Part shown: positions 20,752 through 31,030 of the stretch, piece by piece
How the letters are laid out: each line of letters starts with the position of its first letter
Numbering within the stretch: position 1 is the stretch's first letter
Source: an uncultured bacterium
GTDB lineage: Bacteria; Desulfobacterota_D; UBA1144; Nemesobacterales; UBA2774
Assembly (NCBI GenBank): GCA_963705505.1
Contig: CAVPJU010000006.1
Span: 64,001-128,000 of the forward strand
DNA: 64,000 nt
Reading direction: 5' to 3'
Notes under the pieces: generated by a model
What the model was told of the DNA's origin: nothing
What the model saw: the letters and a program-made list of their open reading frames with translations, nothing else
The model's database searches: none
Program-made: the position numbers and the translations under genes

Positions 20752-21495
20752 TTAGATTATTCCGAGCAACTTTAACGCTATAATAAAAATCGCAAGGACC
20801 ATAACATAGCGGACCACCTTCTCCCCGCCTTTTATAGAAAAACGCGCCGCCCACCATCCGCCTATTGCGCTCCCGGCCGCGAGACTCAGGCCGAACATCC
20901 AGTTCACGTTGCCGGTCCATATGAATATGATCAGCGTGGGAATAGTAAATAACATGGTAATGAACACCTTATGCATATTCACGCGGATGAGATTCATCCT
21001 CAGCATATGATATAGCGCCGCCATTATCAAAAAACCGACACCCACCTGTATGAAACCCCCGTAAAAACCTACGGCGAACATTACCGGGTATATGAGCCGG
21101 GACCTCCTTTCCCCGCTGGTAATAACTTCGAATTTCTGGGGGATAAGCATGGACACGATTATACCGATCATAACGAGGCCGAGGATACGGTCGAACCACT
21201 CGTTGCTTATCTTGAGCGATACAAGCGCCCCCAGCACCGCCCCCGGAAGCGTAAGGGCTGCGAGCTTCATGCTCTTTTCGATTTCCGAAATTTTTTCCTG
21301 GCGGTATGAGAGTGTGGCGGATATGCTCTGGAGCAGTATCCCTATACGGTTGGTGCCGTTTGCTACCGAGCTGTCGAGCCCGATAAAAATCAGGGCCGGA
21401 AGTGTGAGGCTAGAACCGCCCCCGGCCATGACGTTAATTACCCCGGCAACAATCCCCACACAGAAGAGAATCAGAATCTCCAGATATTCAGGCAT
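20752..21495 (-). CDS. TauE/SafE (TSUP) family transporter
   Basis: AGGGSSLTLPAL, ANGTNR, GFYGGFIQVGVG; multiple transmembrane helices. Confidence 0.9.
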   Translation of the reverse strand: MPEYLEILILFCVGIVAGVINVMAGGGSSLTLPALIFIGLDSSVANGTNRIGILLQSISATLSYRQEKISEIEKSMKLAALTLPGAVLGALVSLKISNEWFDRILGLVMIGIIVSMLIPQKFEVITSGERRSRLIYPVMFAVGFYGGFIQVGVGFLIMAALYHMLRMNLIRVNMHKVFITMLFTIPTLIIFIWTGNVNWMFGLSLAAGSAIGGWWAARFSIKGGEKVVRYVMVLAIFIIALKLLGII

Positions 21496-21640
21496 GTTCT
21501 CCGCGCGATCGAGTCATTTATAGTGATGAGCGAACCGGGGCTTATTATGCTTATTGTTCCCGTTATTCTGATTGACATAATACTCGCCATCGTGGGATAA
21601 TGACAAGAAAAATTTTTTATAAATTAATCGTCCCGCCACT

Positions 21641-22966
21641 ATGCTTGAAAGACTGTTCAACTTAAAGGAGCAGGATACGACTCCCGGCCGCGAGGTCGTA
21701 GCCGGGCTTACGACATTCATGACAATGTCGTACATCATCTTCGTACAGCCCGCAGTGATGGGAGCCGCCGGGATGGACCCGGGGGCCGTCATGGTGGCGA
21801 CATGCCTCGCAAGCGCTCTCGGCACAGTGCTCATGGCCTTACTCGCAAACTATCCGATCGCCCTCGCGCCCGCGATGGGGCACAACTTCTATTTCACCTA
21901 CATAGTCGTGCTCACGCTCGGTTATTCCTGGCAGCACGCCCTGGGAGCGGTATTTATCGCGGGGCTCGTTTTTATTCTGCTTTCCACGGTAGGGCTCCGG
22001 GAAACGCTCATGAACGTCCTCCCCGGCTGTCTCAAGAGCGGAATTCCCATAGGCATAGGACTCCTGATCGCACTCGTCGGGCTCGAATGGTCGGGCATAG
22101 TCGCCGGGCACGCGGTAACGTATGTCACGCTCGGGGACATTACGGCGACTCCGACACTCGTAGCCATACTGGGACTCGTTATCATGGCCGTTCTTTTAGT
22201 GCGCAGGGTGAGGGGCGCTATACTCATCGGAATCCTGGCGACGGCGATAGCGGGACTCCTTACAGGGATAGTGGAATTCAAAGGCGTCGTTTCCGCACCG
22301 CCTTCGATAGCTCCTACGCTGTTAAAGCTCAGTATCCCGAACGTATTTAAAGACCCGCACATGATTACGGTGATATTCGTTTTCCTATTCCTGTGTCTTT
22401 TCGACACCGTAGGGACACTGACAGGAGTGAGCCAGCAGGGGGGACTTATGAAGGATGGAAAGCTGCCGAGGGCGAGGCAGGCTCTGCTGTCAGACGCTAT
22501 ATCAATATGCGGCGGAGCGGTGCTCGGCACGTCCACCGTTACGAGCTACATAGAAAGCGCATCGGGTATCTCCGCGGGAGGGAGGACGGGGCTTACGGGA
22601 ATTGTGGTGGCGGTACTGTTTTTGCTCGCGGTATTTTTCAGTCCGATAGTGCAGATGATAGGGGCCGGGTATCACACGGGCGGCGGAGTGACGCTCTATC
22701 CAGTCATCGCCCCGGCATTAATAATCGTCGGGTGCATGATGTTCAGGAACATCGTTCACATCGAGTGGGAGGACTATACGGAATCGATACCCGCGTTCCT
22801 GACGCTCGTGATCATGCCGCTCGCATTCAGCATCACGGAAGGCATATCTTTCGGGGTGATCTCGTATGTGCTCCTCAAGGTCATAAGCGGTAAGGGGAAG
22901 AGGGTGCACTGGCTGCTATATCTTTTCGCCGTGCTCTTCGTCGCCAGATATATTTGGCTTAAATGA
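21641..22966 (+). CDS. NCS2/AzgA-family purine permease
   Basis: AGLTTFMTMSYI, ALAPAMG, YIESASGISAGGRTGLT. Upstream TTGACA-N18-GATAAT promoter. Confidence 0.93.
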   Translation: MLERLFNLKEQDTTPGREVVAGLTTFMTMSYIIFVQPAVMGAAGMDPGAVMVATCLASALGTVLMALLANYPIALAPAMGHNFYFTYIVVLTLGYSWQHALGAVFIAGLVFILLSTVGLRETLMNVLPGCLKSGIPIGIGLLIALVGLEWSGIVAGHAVTYVTLGDITATPTLVAILGLVIMAVLLVRRVRGAILIGILATAIAGLLTGIVEFKGVVSAPPSIAPTLLKLSIPNVFKDPHMITVIFVFLFLCLFDTVGTLTGVSQQGGLMKDGKLPRARQALLSDAISICGGAVLGTSTVTSYIESASGISAGGRTGLTGIVVAVLFLLAVFFSPIVQMIGAGYHTGGGVTLYPVIAPALIIVGCMMFRNIVHIEWEDYTESIPAFLTLVIMPLAFSITEGISFGVISYVLLKVISGKGKRVHWLLYLFAVLFVARYIWLK

Positions 22967-23045
22967 GGCCCGCGCAGGAATTGTTAATACCGTATGAAGC
23001 CGGTTTTTATTTCCTATATTCAGAGTAAACTGTAATATAATTTTC

Positions 23046-23966
23046 ATGAAAACCGTAACCATAGCCCTCATCCAAAGTAAAGTCTCCAAAGACGTCCGGT
23101 CTAACGTCGCCAAAACAATCAAGATGATCGAACAGGCGGCTGGAAAAGGGGCCGAGATCATCGCCCTTCAGGAGCTCTTCCAGACCCCTTATTTCCCGCA
23201 GTGGGAAAAAATGAAGAAAGACGATTACGCGGAAAGTCTCAAAGGCTTTACCGTAGGGGAGATGAAAAAGGCGGCCAAGGAATTAGGCGTGACGATCATA
23301 GTACCCTTTTACGAAAAAAAGAAACGGAAATATTTCAACACCGCGGTCGTTATCGGCAAGAACGGAAAACTCGAGGGCCGGTACCATAAAATCCATATCC
23401 CCCAGGACCCGGGCTTTTACGAAAAGGAGTATTTTGAAGGGGGCAGGTCGGGTTACACGATTTTCGAGGCGGGCAAAGTAAAGTTCGCCGTCCTAATCTG
23501 TTACGACCAGTGGTTCCCCGAAGCCGCCCGCATGGCCCGCTTGAACGGCGCCCAGATAATCTTTTACCCGACCGCCATAGGCAAAATCATCGGATACGAC
23601 GCCGAAGGCGACTGGCATGACGCCTGGGAAACCGTGCAGAGAGGGCATGCGATCTCCAACAGCGTCTATGTGGCCGCCGTTAACCGCGTCGGCCAGGAAG
23701 GCAGGATGGTATTCTGGGGGCAGTCCTTCATTTCGGACCCCTTCGGCAAGATATTAAAACGCGCTTCCTCAACGAAAGAAGAAACTATAGTCATAAAGCT
23801 CGACCTCGAACGAAACGAATTTTATTCCGAAGGCTGGGGGTTTTTACGCAACCGCAGGCCCGATACATACAAAGGGCTCGCCTCCGGCAAGCTTGTTAAA
23901 AAATCCAGGAAACTCGCAAACGTCGCGCATTATAAAAACATGAAAAAGGCGCTGGGTCAGAAATAG
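23046..23966 (+). CDS. aguB: N-carbamoylputrescine amidase (nitrilase family)
   Basis: LQELF, YHKIHIPQDPGFYEK, ICYDQWFPE, YPTAIG, RNRRPD; adjacent to aguA. Confidence 0.88.
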   Translation: MKTVTIALIQSKVSKDVRSNVAKTIKMIEQAAGKGAEIIALQELFQTPYFPQWEKMKKDDYAESLKGFTVGEMKKAAKELGVTIIVPFYEKKKRKYFNTAVVIGKNGKLEGRYHKIHIPQDPGFYEKEYFEGGRSGYTIFEAGKVKFAVLICYDQWFPEAARMARLNGAQIIFYPTAIGKIIGYDAEGDWHDAWETVQRGHAISNSVYVAAVNRVGQEGRMVFWGQSFISDPFGKILKRASSTKEETIVIKLDLERNEFYSEGWGFLRNRRPDTYKGLASGKLVKKSRKLANVAHYKNMKKALGQK

Positions 23967-23976
23967 TCCGCCGTTT

Positions 23977-25008
23977 ATGAATGATCAAAATAAGCTGAAG
24001 TACCGCATGCCCCCCGAGTGGGAGCCGCACTCAGCCGTATGGCTCGCCTGGCCCTACGACGAAATTACATTTCCCGGGAGAGTGGAAAAAGCGGAAGCCG
24101 CCTTCGTAAAAATCCTGAACGCTATTCATAAGAGTGAGCAGGCGGAGCTCCTGGTATTGGATCGAGATATGAGAGACAGGGCTTATGAGATGCTCGCAGC
24201 GGCAGGTATTGATATGGCCAGGATAAATTTTTATACCACGGACTACGCCGACGTGTGGCTCCGGGATACGGGACCGACCTTCGTTAAAGACCGCGCGGGC
24301 AGAGCCGTGATTATCAAATGGCTATTCAATGCGTGGGGCAATAAGTTTGAGGAGTTGCTTAAAGACGGCGCAATCCCGCAAAAAATCAGCGAATGGAAAG
24401 ACTTGCCCATCAGGAAACCCAGGGCCGTCATCGAGGGCGGGGCGATCGACGTGAACGGCATGGGAGTGTGTCTCACCACAGAGCAGTGCCTCCTCAACGA
24501 AAACCGGAACCCAGGCAAATCAAAGGCGGATATAGAAAAATACCTCCGGGATTACCTGAGTATCACAAAAACCGTATGGCTTAAGGAGGGCCTCGTTAAC
24601 GACCATACCGACGGACATATAGACGAAATCGCCCGTTTCGTAGCGCCCGATAAAATTGTCTGCGCGTATGAAGACGATAAAAACGATGAAAATTACCAAA
24701 TACTTCAGGACAACTATAAAACCCTATCGCAAGCAACAGATGTCAACGGAAAACCGTTTGAAATCATCAAGCTCCCGATGCCGCACGTGCGGTACGACGA
24801 CGGGAGCAAGGCTCCCGTCTCATACACCAATTTTTACATAGGCAACACGGTAGTCCTTGCGGCTACATTCAACGATGAAAACGACGAAGAGGCGCTCGAA
24901 ATCCTTCGAGGCTCTTTTCCCGGACGCGAAGTCGTCGGTATCGACTGCAGCGATATAATCTACGGAGGAGGCGCGATACATTGCATTACTCAGCAGCAGC
25001 CGGAATAA
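23977..25008 (+). CDS. aguA: Agmatine deiminase
   Basis: MPPEWEPH, WLRDTGP, EGGAIDVNG, TDGHID, GGGAIHCITQQQP. Confidence 0.95.
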   Translation: MNDQNKLKYRMPPEWEPHSAVWLAWPYDEITFPGRVEKAEAAFVKILNAIHKSEQAELLVLDRDMRDRAYEMLAAAGIDMARINFYTTDYADVWLRDTGPTFVKDRAGRAVIIKWLFNAWGNKFEELLKDGAIPQKISEWKDLPIRKPRAVIEGGAIDVNGMGVCLTTEQCLLNENRNPGKSKADIEKYLRDYLSITKTVWLKEGLVNDHTDGHIDEIARFVAPDKIVCAYEDDKNDENYQILQDNYKTLSQATDVNGKPFEIIKLPMPHVRYDDGSKAPVSYTNFYIGNTVVLAATFNDENDEEALEILRGSFPGREVVGIDCSDIIYGGGAIHCITQQQPE

Positions 25009-25186
25009 ATTTTGACAACGATTTATACGACTATAAAATATTTCCGGGTCGAAACGTTAGAACCGGAAGTATTTGTTTCCGCAGGAAAAAAATTAATTCC
25101 ATCCCGAGCTGCTTGATAATTCCCCGTAAGTGAATATATACGGGGATACGTATCTGAATTCGGGACGGTAAAGGAGAAATCGTAAA

Positions 25187-26215
25187 ATGGCTAAGACAAA
25201 AACCAGCAAAAAAGAGCTGTTGAAAGAAGCGATCAAGCACGTCGACATAAAGAAGATCGACGGCAAGCAGATTATCGACGCCTACCGCGGCATGTCTTTC
25301 TCTTCGAGGGACACCGCGAGGGCAGCCGACATATTCAACATGAACCTCGCGGACAAGAACGCCTCCGTGTGGCTGACCCTGGCGGGCTCCACATCGGCAG
25401 GCGGCTGTATGCAGGTGTACGTCGACATGGTCGAGAATAACATGGTGGACGTTATAGTGGCCACGGGGGCTTCCATAGTGGATATGGACTTTTTTGAGGC
25501 CCTCGGCTACAAGCACTACGCGGGCACTCCTCATATAGACGACGGCATGCTCAGGTCTTTATACATCGACCGCATTTACGATACGTTCATCGACGAGGAA
25601 GAGCTTCAGGCCTGCGACAAGGCCGTAGCGAAAATAGCGGATACCCTCGAGCACCGCCCGTACTCGTCGAGGGAATTCATATGGGAGATGGGGAAATGGC
25701 TGACCAGGCACGCAAAGAAGAAAAATTCCCTCGTACAGGCAGCTTACGAGCATAATGTGCCGATCTTCTGCCCGGCGTTTACGGATTCCTCGGCGGGGTT
25801 CGGCATGGTCTTCCATCAATGGAATAACCCCGATTCGCACGTGTCTATAGACAGCGCCAAGGATTTCCTAGAGCTTACAAAGATAAAGGTTGCATCCAAA
25901 GAAAGCGGACTGTTTATGGTGGGCGGAGGAGTGCCCAAGAACTTCGCTCAGGACACCGTAGTCGCCGCCGAAGTGCTGGGGCTCGACGTGCCTGTGCATA
26001 AATATGCCGTGCAAATTACAGTGGCTGACGTGAGGGACGGCGCCTGCAGCTCATCGACGCTCAAGGAAGCGTCTTCCTGGGGCAAGGTCAGTACCGTTTA
26101 CGAGCAAATGGTCTACGCCGAAGCCACAACCGTCGTGCCGTTAATCGTCGCAAACGCGTATCAAACGGGGAAATGGAAGCAGAGAAAGCCGAGGAATTTC
26201 GCCAAGATGTTCTGA
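25187..26215 (+). CDS. Deoxyhypusine synthase-like protein (SpeY-type homospermidine synthase)
   Basis: IDRIYDT, PIFCPAFTDSSAG, GGGVPKNF (catalytic Lys), DVRDGACSSSTLKEASSWGK. Confidence 0.9.
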   Translation: MAKTKTSKKELLKEAIKHVDIKKIDGKQIIDAYRGMSFSSRDTARAADIFNMNLADKNASVWLTLAGSTSAGGCMQVYVDMVENNMVDVIVATGASIVDMDFFEALGYKHYAGTPHIDDGMLRSLYIDRIYDTFIDEEELQACDKAVAKIADTLEHRPYSSREFIWEMGKWLTRHAKKKNSLVQAAYEHNVPIFCPAFTDSSAGFGMVFHQWNNPDSHVSIDSAKDFLELTKIKVASKESGLFMVGGGVPKNFAQDTVVAAEVLGLDVPVHKYAVQITVADVRDGACSSSTLKEASSWGKVSTVYEQMVYAEATTVVPLIVANAYQTGKWKQRKPRNFAKMF

Positions 26216-26255
26216 GACATTGAGGCCTCCGCGGGGAACAACTAACGCGGGGACC

Positions 26256-26990
26256 CTAAAGCCAGGGAGCGGCCGCCTTATCGACGTACCATTCGAGCAT
26301 GCCGTCTCCCGGGTGAACCATGGACGCGGGATACGGAAGCGGCTCCGTGGTCTTTTGCAGTATCTCCTTGAGTATCTTCTCCTTCCCCTCACCAGCTACG
26401 AGGAACGAAACCCTCTTTCCGCTGTCGAGAACCGGAAAAGTAACGCTCACCCTCTTCTGCCCGGTCTGCGGATGTGTCGCGACGACGCATATCTTCTCTT
26501 TCTCTTTCAATGTTGGCGCGCCGGGGAATAACGAAGCGGTGTGCCCGTCTTCGCCCATGCCGAGGAATATCCAGTCAAACCGGGGAAAGCCGTTTCCGCC
26601 TGACGGAACGTTGTCTTTTATCTCCTTCCCGTAACGAGCCGCCTCTTCATCGGGCGGGTTTTCACCAAGTACGCGGTGGATATTGGCCGGAGGGATTTTG
26701 ATATGGGACAGGAGCGCGAGGTTAGTCATTTTATAATTGCTCTCGTCGTTATCGGGAGGGACGCACCGTTCATCGCCCCAGAAAAAAACAACCTTGTCCC
26801 AGGGCAGACTGTCGCGGTAAGGAGGCGCGGCAAGTATTTCAAAAAAGGCTTTCGGGGTATGTCCGCCGGAGAGCGCGACTTGAAGAACCTCCCCACCGGA
26901 GGCTTTCTCCCGCAAGGCTTTCTTAAAATCCTCTGCAAGGCGCTTCGCCAGTCCGCTTATATCATCGAAGAGATAAACTTCCTTTTTCAT
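26256..26990 (-). CDS. pgl: 6-phosphogluconolactonase
   Basis: LSGGHTP, WGDERCVP, SNY, LGMGEDGHTASLFP. Confidence 0.96.
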   Translation of the reverse strand: MKKEVYLFDDISGLAKRLAEDFKKALREKASGGEVLQVALSGGHTPKAFFEILAAPPYRDSLPWDKVVFFWGDERCVPPDNDESNYKMTNLALLSHIKIPPANIHRVLGENPPDEEAARYGKEIKDNVPSGGNGFPRFDWIFLGMGEDGHTASLFPGAPTLKEKEKICVVATHPQTGQKRVSVTFPVLDSGKRVSFLVAGEGKEKILKEILQKTTEPLPYPASMVHPGDGMLEWYVDKAAAPWL

Positions 26991-27029
26991 TTTATCTTCC
27001 TCTATTCACGACAACTAACCCACTCGTCC

Positions 27030-28568
27030 CTATTTCAGCTCGTAAAAATCCCCGTCCGTGGTCAGATGGTCGGACGGATACCTCCAGTCCTCATCGGGAG
27101 AATCGAAGATGTGCCTCGCCTCCGGGGGCCCCCACGTACCGGCTGGATAGCCGAAAAGCTTTATTTCCGGGTCATCCTCCCACGCAGTGAGTATCGGGTC
27201 GACGAACTTCCAGCACGCCTCCACGGCGTCCGCGCGGGCGTAATGAGTGGCATCGCCCATGATGCAGTCGAGTATCAGGCGCTCGTACGCTTCGGGGATG
27301 TAGGCGTCGGCAAGCTCGGAATAATGGAAGTCCATCCCCACTTCTTCTATATCGAACCCGGCGCCGGGCTTCTTCATACCGAACCTGAGCAGTATCCCCT
27401 CGTCCGGCTGTATCCGTATTATGAGCTGGTTAGGCTTGGCGGAGCACAGCTCCTCCTGCGTGAAAAGATGGTGCGGCGTCTTCTTGAATTCTATGACGAC
27501 CTCGCTCACGCGGGAGGGCAGGCATTTTCCTGTCCGGAGGTAAAAGGGCACGCCGCCCCACCTCCAGTTATCGATATAAAGCTTGAGCGCAACGAAAGTC
27601 TCCGTCATCGAATCGTGGGCTACGTCTTTTTCCTGCCTGTATCCGAGCACCTTCTTGCCGTTGATCACCGACTCCGTGTACTGCCCCCTCACGGCGTACC
27701 TGTCAACGTCCTCGGGCTTGATGGGTCTCAGAGACTGAAATATTTTGATGGACTCATTACGGACATCGGTTGCGTCGAAGAATGACGGGGGCTCTATCGT
27801 GACTGTGCCCAAAACTTGCAGAAGATGGTTCTGAATCATGTCCCTGAGCGCGCCGTAGTGGTCGTAATACCCTCCCCGCTCCTCGACTCCGATCGTTTCT
27901 GCTGCCGTGATCTCGACGCGGCTTACGTAATTCCTGTTCCAGAGAGGCTCGAAAATGCCGTTTGAGAACCTCAATGCGAAAATGTCCTGCACGGTCTCCT
28001 TACCGAGATAATGGTCGATCCTATATATCTGGTCTTCCTTGAAGATCCTCTGCAGGTCGTGATTTAGAGCCTGCGCGGACTGCAGGTCCCTGCCGAACGG
28101 TTTTTCAACGATTATCCGTCTCCAGGAGGAGCCTTTGCCTTCCTTATCGAGCCCTTTTTTACCGAGGTTCTTTGCGATAGCCGCGTATAAGCTCGGCGAG
28201 GTGGACAGATAGAAGATATAATTGCCGCCCGTTTTCTCGGCGGCATCGACTTTGGAGAGCTTATCCTTGAGATCGTCGTAGTGGTTGACATCGGTCGCGT
28301 CCATAGCTTGATAGTAAATATGCTTTGAAAAGGGGTCCAGCTGCTTCTGCTCCGATTTTTTGATACCGGCGTACGTTACGATGTCTTCAATAATTTTTTT
28401 CCTGTACGCATCGTCGGTGAAAGGCGATCTGCTCGTGCCCAGTACGGCGAAATTTTTGGGAAGGAGCCCCTGTCTGAAAAGGGCGTAAAGAGCGGGCATG
28501 AGCTTACGCTTGGTCAGATCCCCGGACGCCCCGAAAATCGCGATTATACAACCGTTCTCCTGTGCCAT
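27030..28568 (-). CDS. zwf: Glucose-6-phosphate 1-dehydrogenase
   Basis: GASGDLTKRK, EKPFG, RIDHYLGKE, YLRTGK. Confidence 0.98.
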   Translation of the reverse strand: MAQENGCIIAIFGASGDLTKRKLMPALYALFRQGLLPKNFAVLGTSRSPFTDDAYRKKIIEDIVTYAGIKKSEQKQLDPFSKHIYYQAMDATDVNHYDDLKDKLSKVDAAEKTGGNYIFYLSTSPSLYAAIAKNLGKKGLDKEGKGSSWRRIIVEKPFGRDLQSAQALNHDLQRIFKEDQIYRIDHYLGKETVQDIFALRFSNGIFEPLWNRNYVSRVEITAAETIGVEERGGYYDHYGALRDMIQNHLLQVLGTVTIEPPSFFDATDVRNESIKIFQSLRPIKPEDVDRYAVRGQYTESVINGKKVLGYRQEKDVAHDSMTETFVALKLYIDNWRWGGVPFYLRTGKCLPSRVSEVVIEFKKTPHHLFTQEELCSAKPNQLIIRIQPDEGILLRFGMKKPGAGFDIEEVGMDFHYSELADAYIPEAYERLILDCIMGDATHYARADAVEACWKFVDPILTAWEDDPEIKLFGYPAGTWGPPEARHIFDSPDEDWRYPSDHLTTDGDFYELK

Positions 28569-28628
28569 CTTGCTTTCCTCTCGATCTAATTCGATTTTGT
28601 TATTGATCAGCCGATGTGAAATCCTCTC

Positions 28629-29534
28629 CTACTTACTATCCTTTTTCTTAACCGCGTGCCCGCCGAACTGGTTCCTGAGCGCGGCAATGGTCTTCATGGC
28701 GAAGGAATCCGTATCCCTCGATTGAATCCTCGCCAGAAGCGACGCGGTGATTATCGGCGCCGGGACGTTCTGATGAAGCGCAGCCTCGACGGTCCAGCGT
28801 CCCTCGCCGCTGTCCCATACATAGGGCTCGAGGTCAGATAGCGTTGGGTCGGCTTTGAATACGCGCTCTGCCAGATCGAGAAGCCAGGAGCGTATAACGC
28901 TACCGTGCTTCCATACCCTGCTTACGGCGCGGAGGTCCAGGTTGAACGGCGAGGTGTGAAGCACGGCAAAGCCTTCGGCATAAGCCTGAAGCAACCCGTA
29001 TTCGATCCCGTTGTGGACCATCTTCACATAGTGGCCCGAGCCTACCGGGCCGCAGTAGAGATAGCCGTACTTAGGCGCAAGGGTCTTGAAAATGGGCTCG
29101 ACGTAATCACATGCGGCTTTATCCCCGCCGTACATGAGGCAATACCCCTCTTTCAATCCCCATATACCGCCGCTGGTTCCGCAGTCTATGAAATGGATCC
29201 CCGTCGGCTCAAGCGCTTTTGCCCTTTTCTGTGAGTCCTGCCATTCGGAGTTCCCGCCGTCTATTATGATGTCTCCCTTCTTGAGATACTTTTTGAGCTC
29301 TCTTATGTTCTGGTCGACGGGCTTGCCCGAAGGGACCATGAGCCACACGACCCTGGGTTTGGGGAGCTTCTTTACGAGGTCTTCAATGGTGTCCGAGGGT
29401 ATCGCCCCCTTCTTCGCATACTCCTTGACCGGGTCTGGGGTCAAGTTCCAGACGACGACCTCGTGACCGTCTAGGAGAAGACGCTCCGTCATGTTCCCAC
29501 CCATCTTTCCGAGTCCTATCATTGCTATCTTCAT
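28629..29534 (-). CDS. gnd: Decarboxylating 6-phosphogluconate dehydrogenase, short type
   Basis: GLGKMG, IDGGNS, KMVHNGIEY, SGEGRWT, RNQFGGH. Confidence 0.96.
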   Translation of the reverse strand: MKIAMIGLGKMGGNMTERLLLDGHEVVVWNLTPDPVKEYAKKGAIPSDTIEDLVKKLPKPRVVWLMVPSGKPVDQNIRELKKYLKKGDIIIDGGNSEWQDSQKRAKALEPTGIHFIDCGTSGGIWGLKEGYCLMYGGDKAACDYVEPIFKTLAPKYGYLYCGPVGSGHYVKMVHNGIEYGLLQAYAEGFAVLHTSPFNLDLRAVSRVWKHGSVIRSWLLDLAERVFKADPTLSDLEPYVWDSGEGRWTVEAALHQNVPAPIITASLLARIQSRDTDSFAMKTIAALRNQFGGHAVKKKDSK

Positions 29535-29609
29535 TACTCCCTCCTGAAATATTTTTGTATTTTCTGATTAATATTAATTCCGTTTCTCAAATCGTAACAT
29601 CAACAACTC

Positions 29610-30266
29610 TCACTGTACACTGTCGAGCAGGGCTTTTATGTTATCCCGCACGGTACCCTTATCGTTATAGACGCTCGATCCGGCGACCAGGACCGACGCG
29701 CCTGCGCGGACGATCTCATGCACATTGCCGATATCTATACCGCCGTCGACCCCTATCGGGACATCGAGCCCCTTTCTATCGAGCAATTCTTTTAACGCAC
29801 GTATCTTATCGAGCTGGCTCCATATGAATTTCTGTCCGCCGAAACCCGGATTGACGCCCATGACCTGGACAAAATCCGCAAGCTCGAGGACCTCTCCGAT
29901 AGCGGAGGGAGGGGTCGCGGGATTGAGAGTTACGCCCGATTGTATCCCCAGCTCCCTTATAGATTCCAGCACGCGGTGGAGGTGGTAGCACACCTCCTGA
30001 TGGACGATGATGCGGTCGGCTCCCGATTGAGCGAATAGATTTATGTATTTCTCAGGCTCGACGATCATAAGATGTACGTCCAGCTTCAATTTCACGAGCG
30101 GTCTTATGGCAGCGACGACTCCGGGGCCGAAGTTAATATTCGGGACGAAACGTCCGTCCATCACGTCTATCTGAATCCACGTTACGCCCGCGTCCTCGGC
30201 TTCCCTCACTGCCTCGCCTAACTTTGTAAAGTCAGCGGATAAAATCGAAGGCTCGATAATTACCAT
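29610..30266 (-). CDS. rpe: Ribulose-phosphate 3-epimerase
   Basis: PSILSADF, DVMDGRFVPN, DVHLMI, NPGFGGQ, VDGGI. Confidence 0.97.
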   Translation of the reverse strand: MVIIEPSILSADFTKLGEAVREAEDAGVTWIQIDVMDGRFVPNINFGPGVVAAIRPLVKLKLDVHLMIVEPEKYINLFAQSGADRIIVHQEVCYHLHRVLESIRELGIQSGVTLNPATPPSAIGEVLELADFVQVMGVNPGFGGQKFIWSQLDKIRALKELLDRKGLDVPIGVDGGIDIGNVHEIVRAGASVLVAGSSVYNDKGTVRDNIKALLDSVQ

Positions 30267-30304
30267 GATTCTCCACTCAGCAAGAGCTTTTTGTTCCGGG
30301 GCCC

Positions 30305-31030
30305 CTAAGAATCCTTACGCTTCTGATACCTTATCCCGTGCGAAGTCGCGACGATGACCTCGCTCGCCGTCCCTATGAACAGACCGTACTCCGCTATCCC
30401 CGCTTTCTGTCCGAGCTTGAAAGCAAGCTCATTAAGATCACGGATGGGTCCGAACTTACCGTCAATTATATAGTTATTCTGGTCTGTGGTGTAAGGAGAT
30501 CCGTTCTCCTTCATACGTAAAACTGCCTCAGCGCCCAGGGACGTGAGGAAATTCGCAACCGGCTTCCAGGCAAACGGGATCACCTCTATAGGCACGGGGA
30601 AGTGAGTGCCCAGCACAGGGGAAAGCTTGCTCTCATCCACGATCATCACGTTGCGCCTGCTCGACTGGGCGAGAACCTTCTCCCGGAGAAGCGCGCCGCC
30701 CCCGCCCTTTATCAGATTGAGGTCGGGATCGACCTCGTCCGCTCCGTCTATCGTGAGGTCTATTTCCTGTCTCTCGTCAAACGAGGTCACGGGAATGCCG
30801 AGCTCTTGAGCCCTTTTTTCAGTCTCCCGGGAACTCGGAATTCCGATAATATCTTTGAGCCTTCCGTCTTTCAGCCTCGCGGCTATCTCTTCAAGCGCGT
30901 ACCTGGCCGTGGTCCCCGTGCCCAGCCCGAGCACCATTCCCGGGCGGATGAGGTCGACCGAGCTTATGCCAGCCTCTTTTTTCAGCCTATCCTGAAGCTT
31001 TTTCTGATCCGGAGTGGGAGAATCGCTCAA
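30305..31030 (-). CDS. rpiA: Ribose-5-phosphate isomerase A
   Basis: GLGTGTT, DGADEVD, IKGGGGALLREK. Confidence 0.97.
   Translation of the reverse strand: MSDSPTPDQKKLQDRLKKEAGISSVDLIRPGMVLGLGTGTTARYALEEIAARLKDGRLKDIIGIPSSRETEKRAQELGIPVTSFDERQEIDLTIDGADEVDPDLNLIKGGGGALLREKVLAQSSRRNVMIVDESKLSPVLGTHFPVPIEVIPFAWKPVANFLTSLGAEAVLRMKENGSPYTTDQNNYIIDGKFGPIRDLNELAFKLGQKAGIAEYGLFIGTASEVIVATSHGIRYQKRKDS

Noticed and set aside
21496..21640. Purine riboswitch upstream of the NCS2 permease
   Set aside because: No UUUCUACC core, and the predicted promoter leaves only a short leader.
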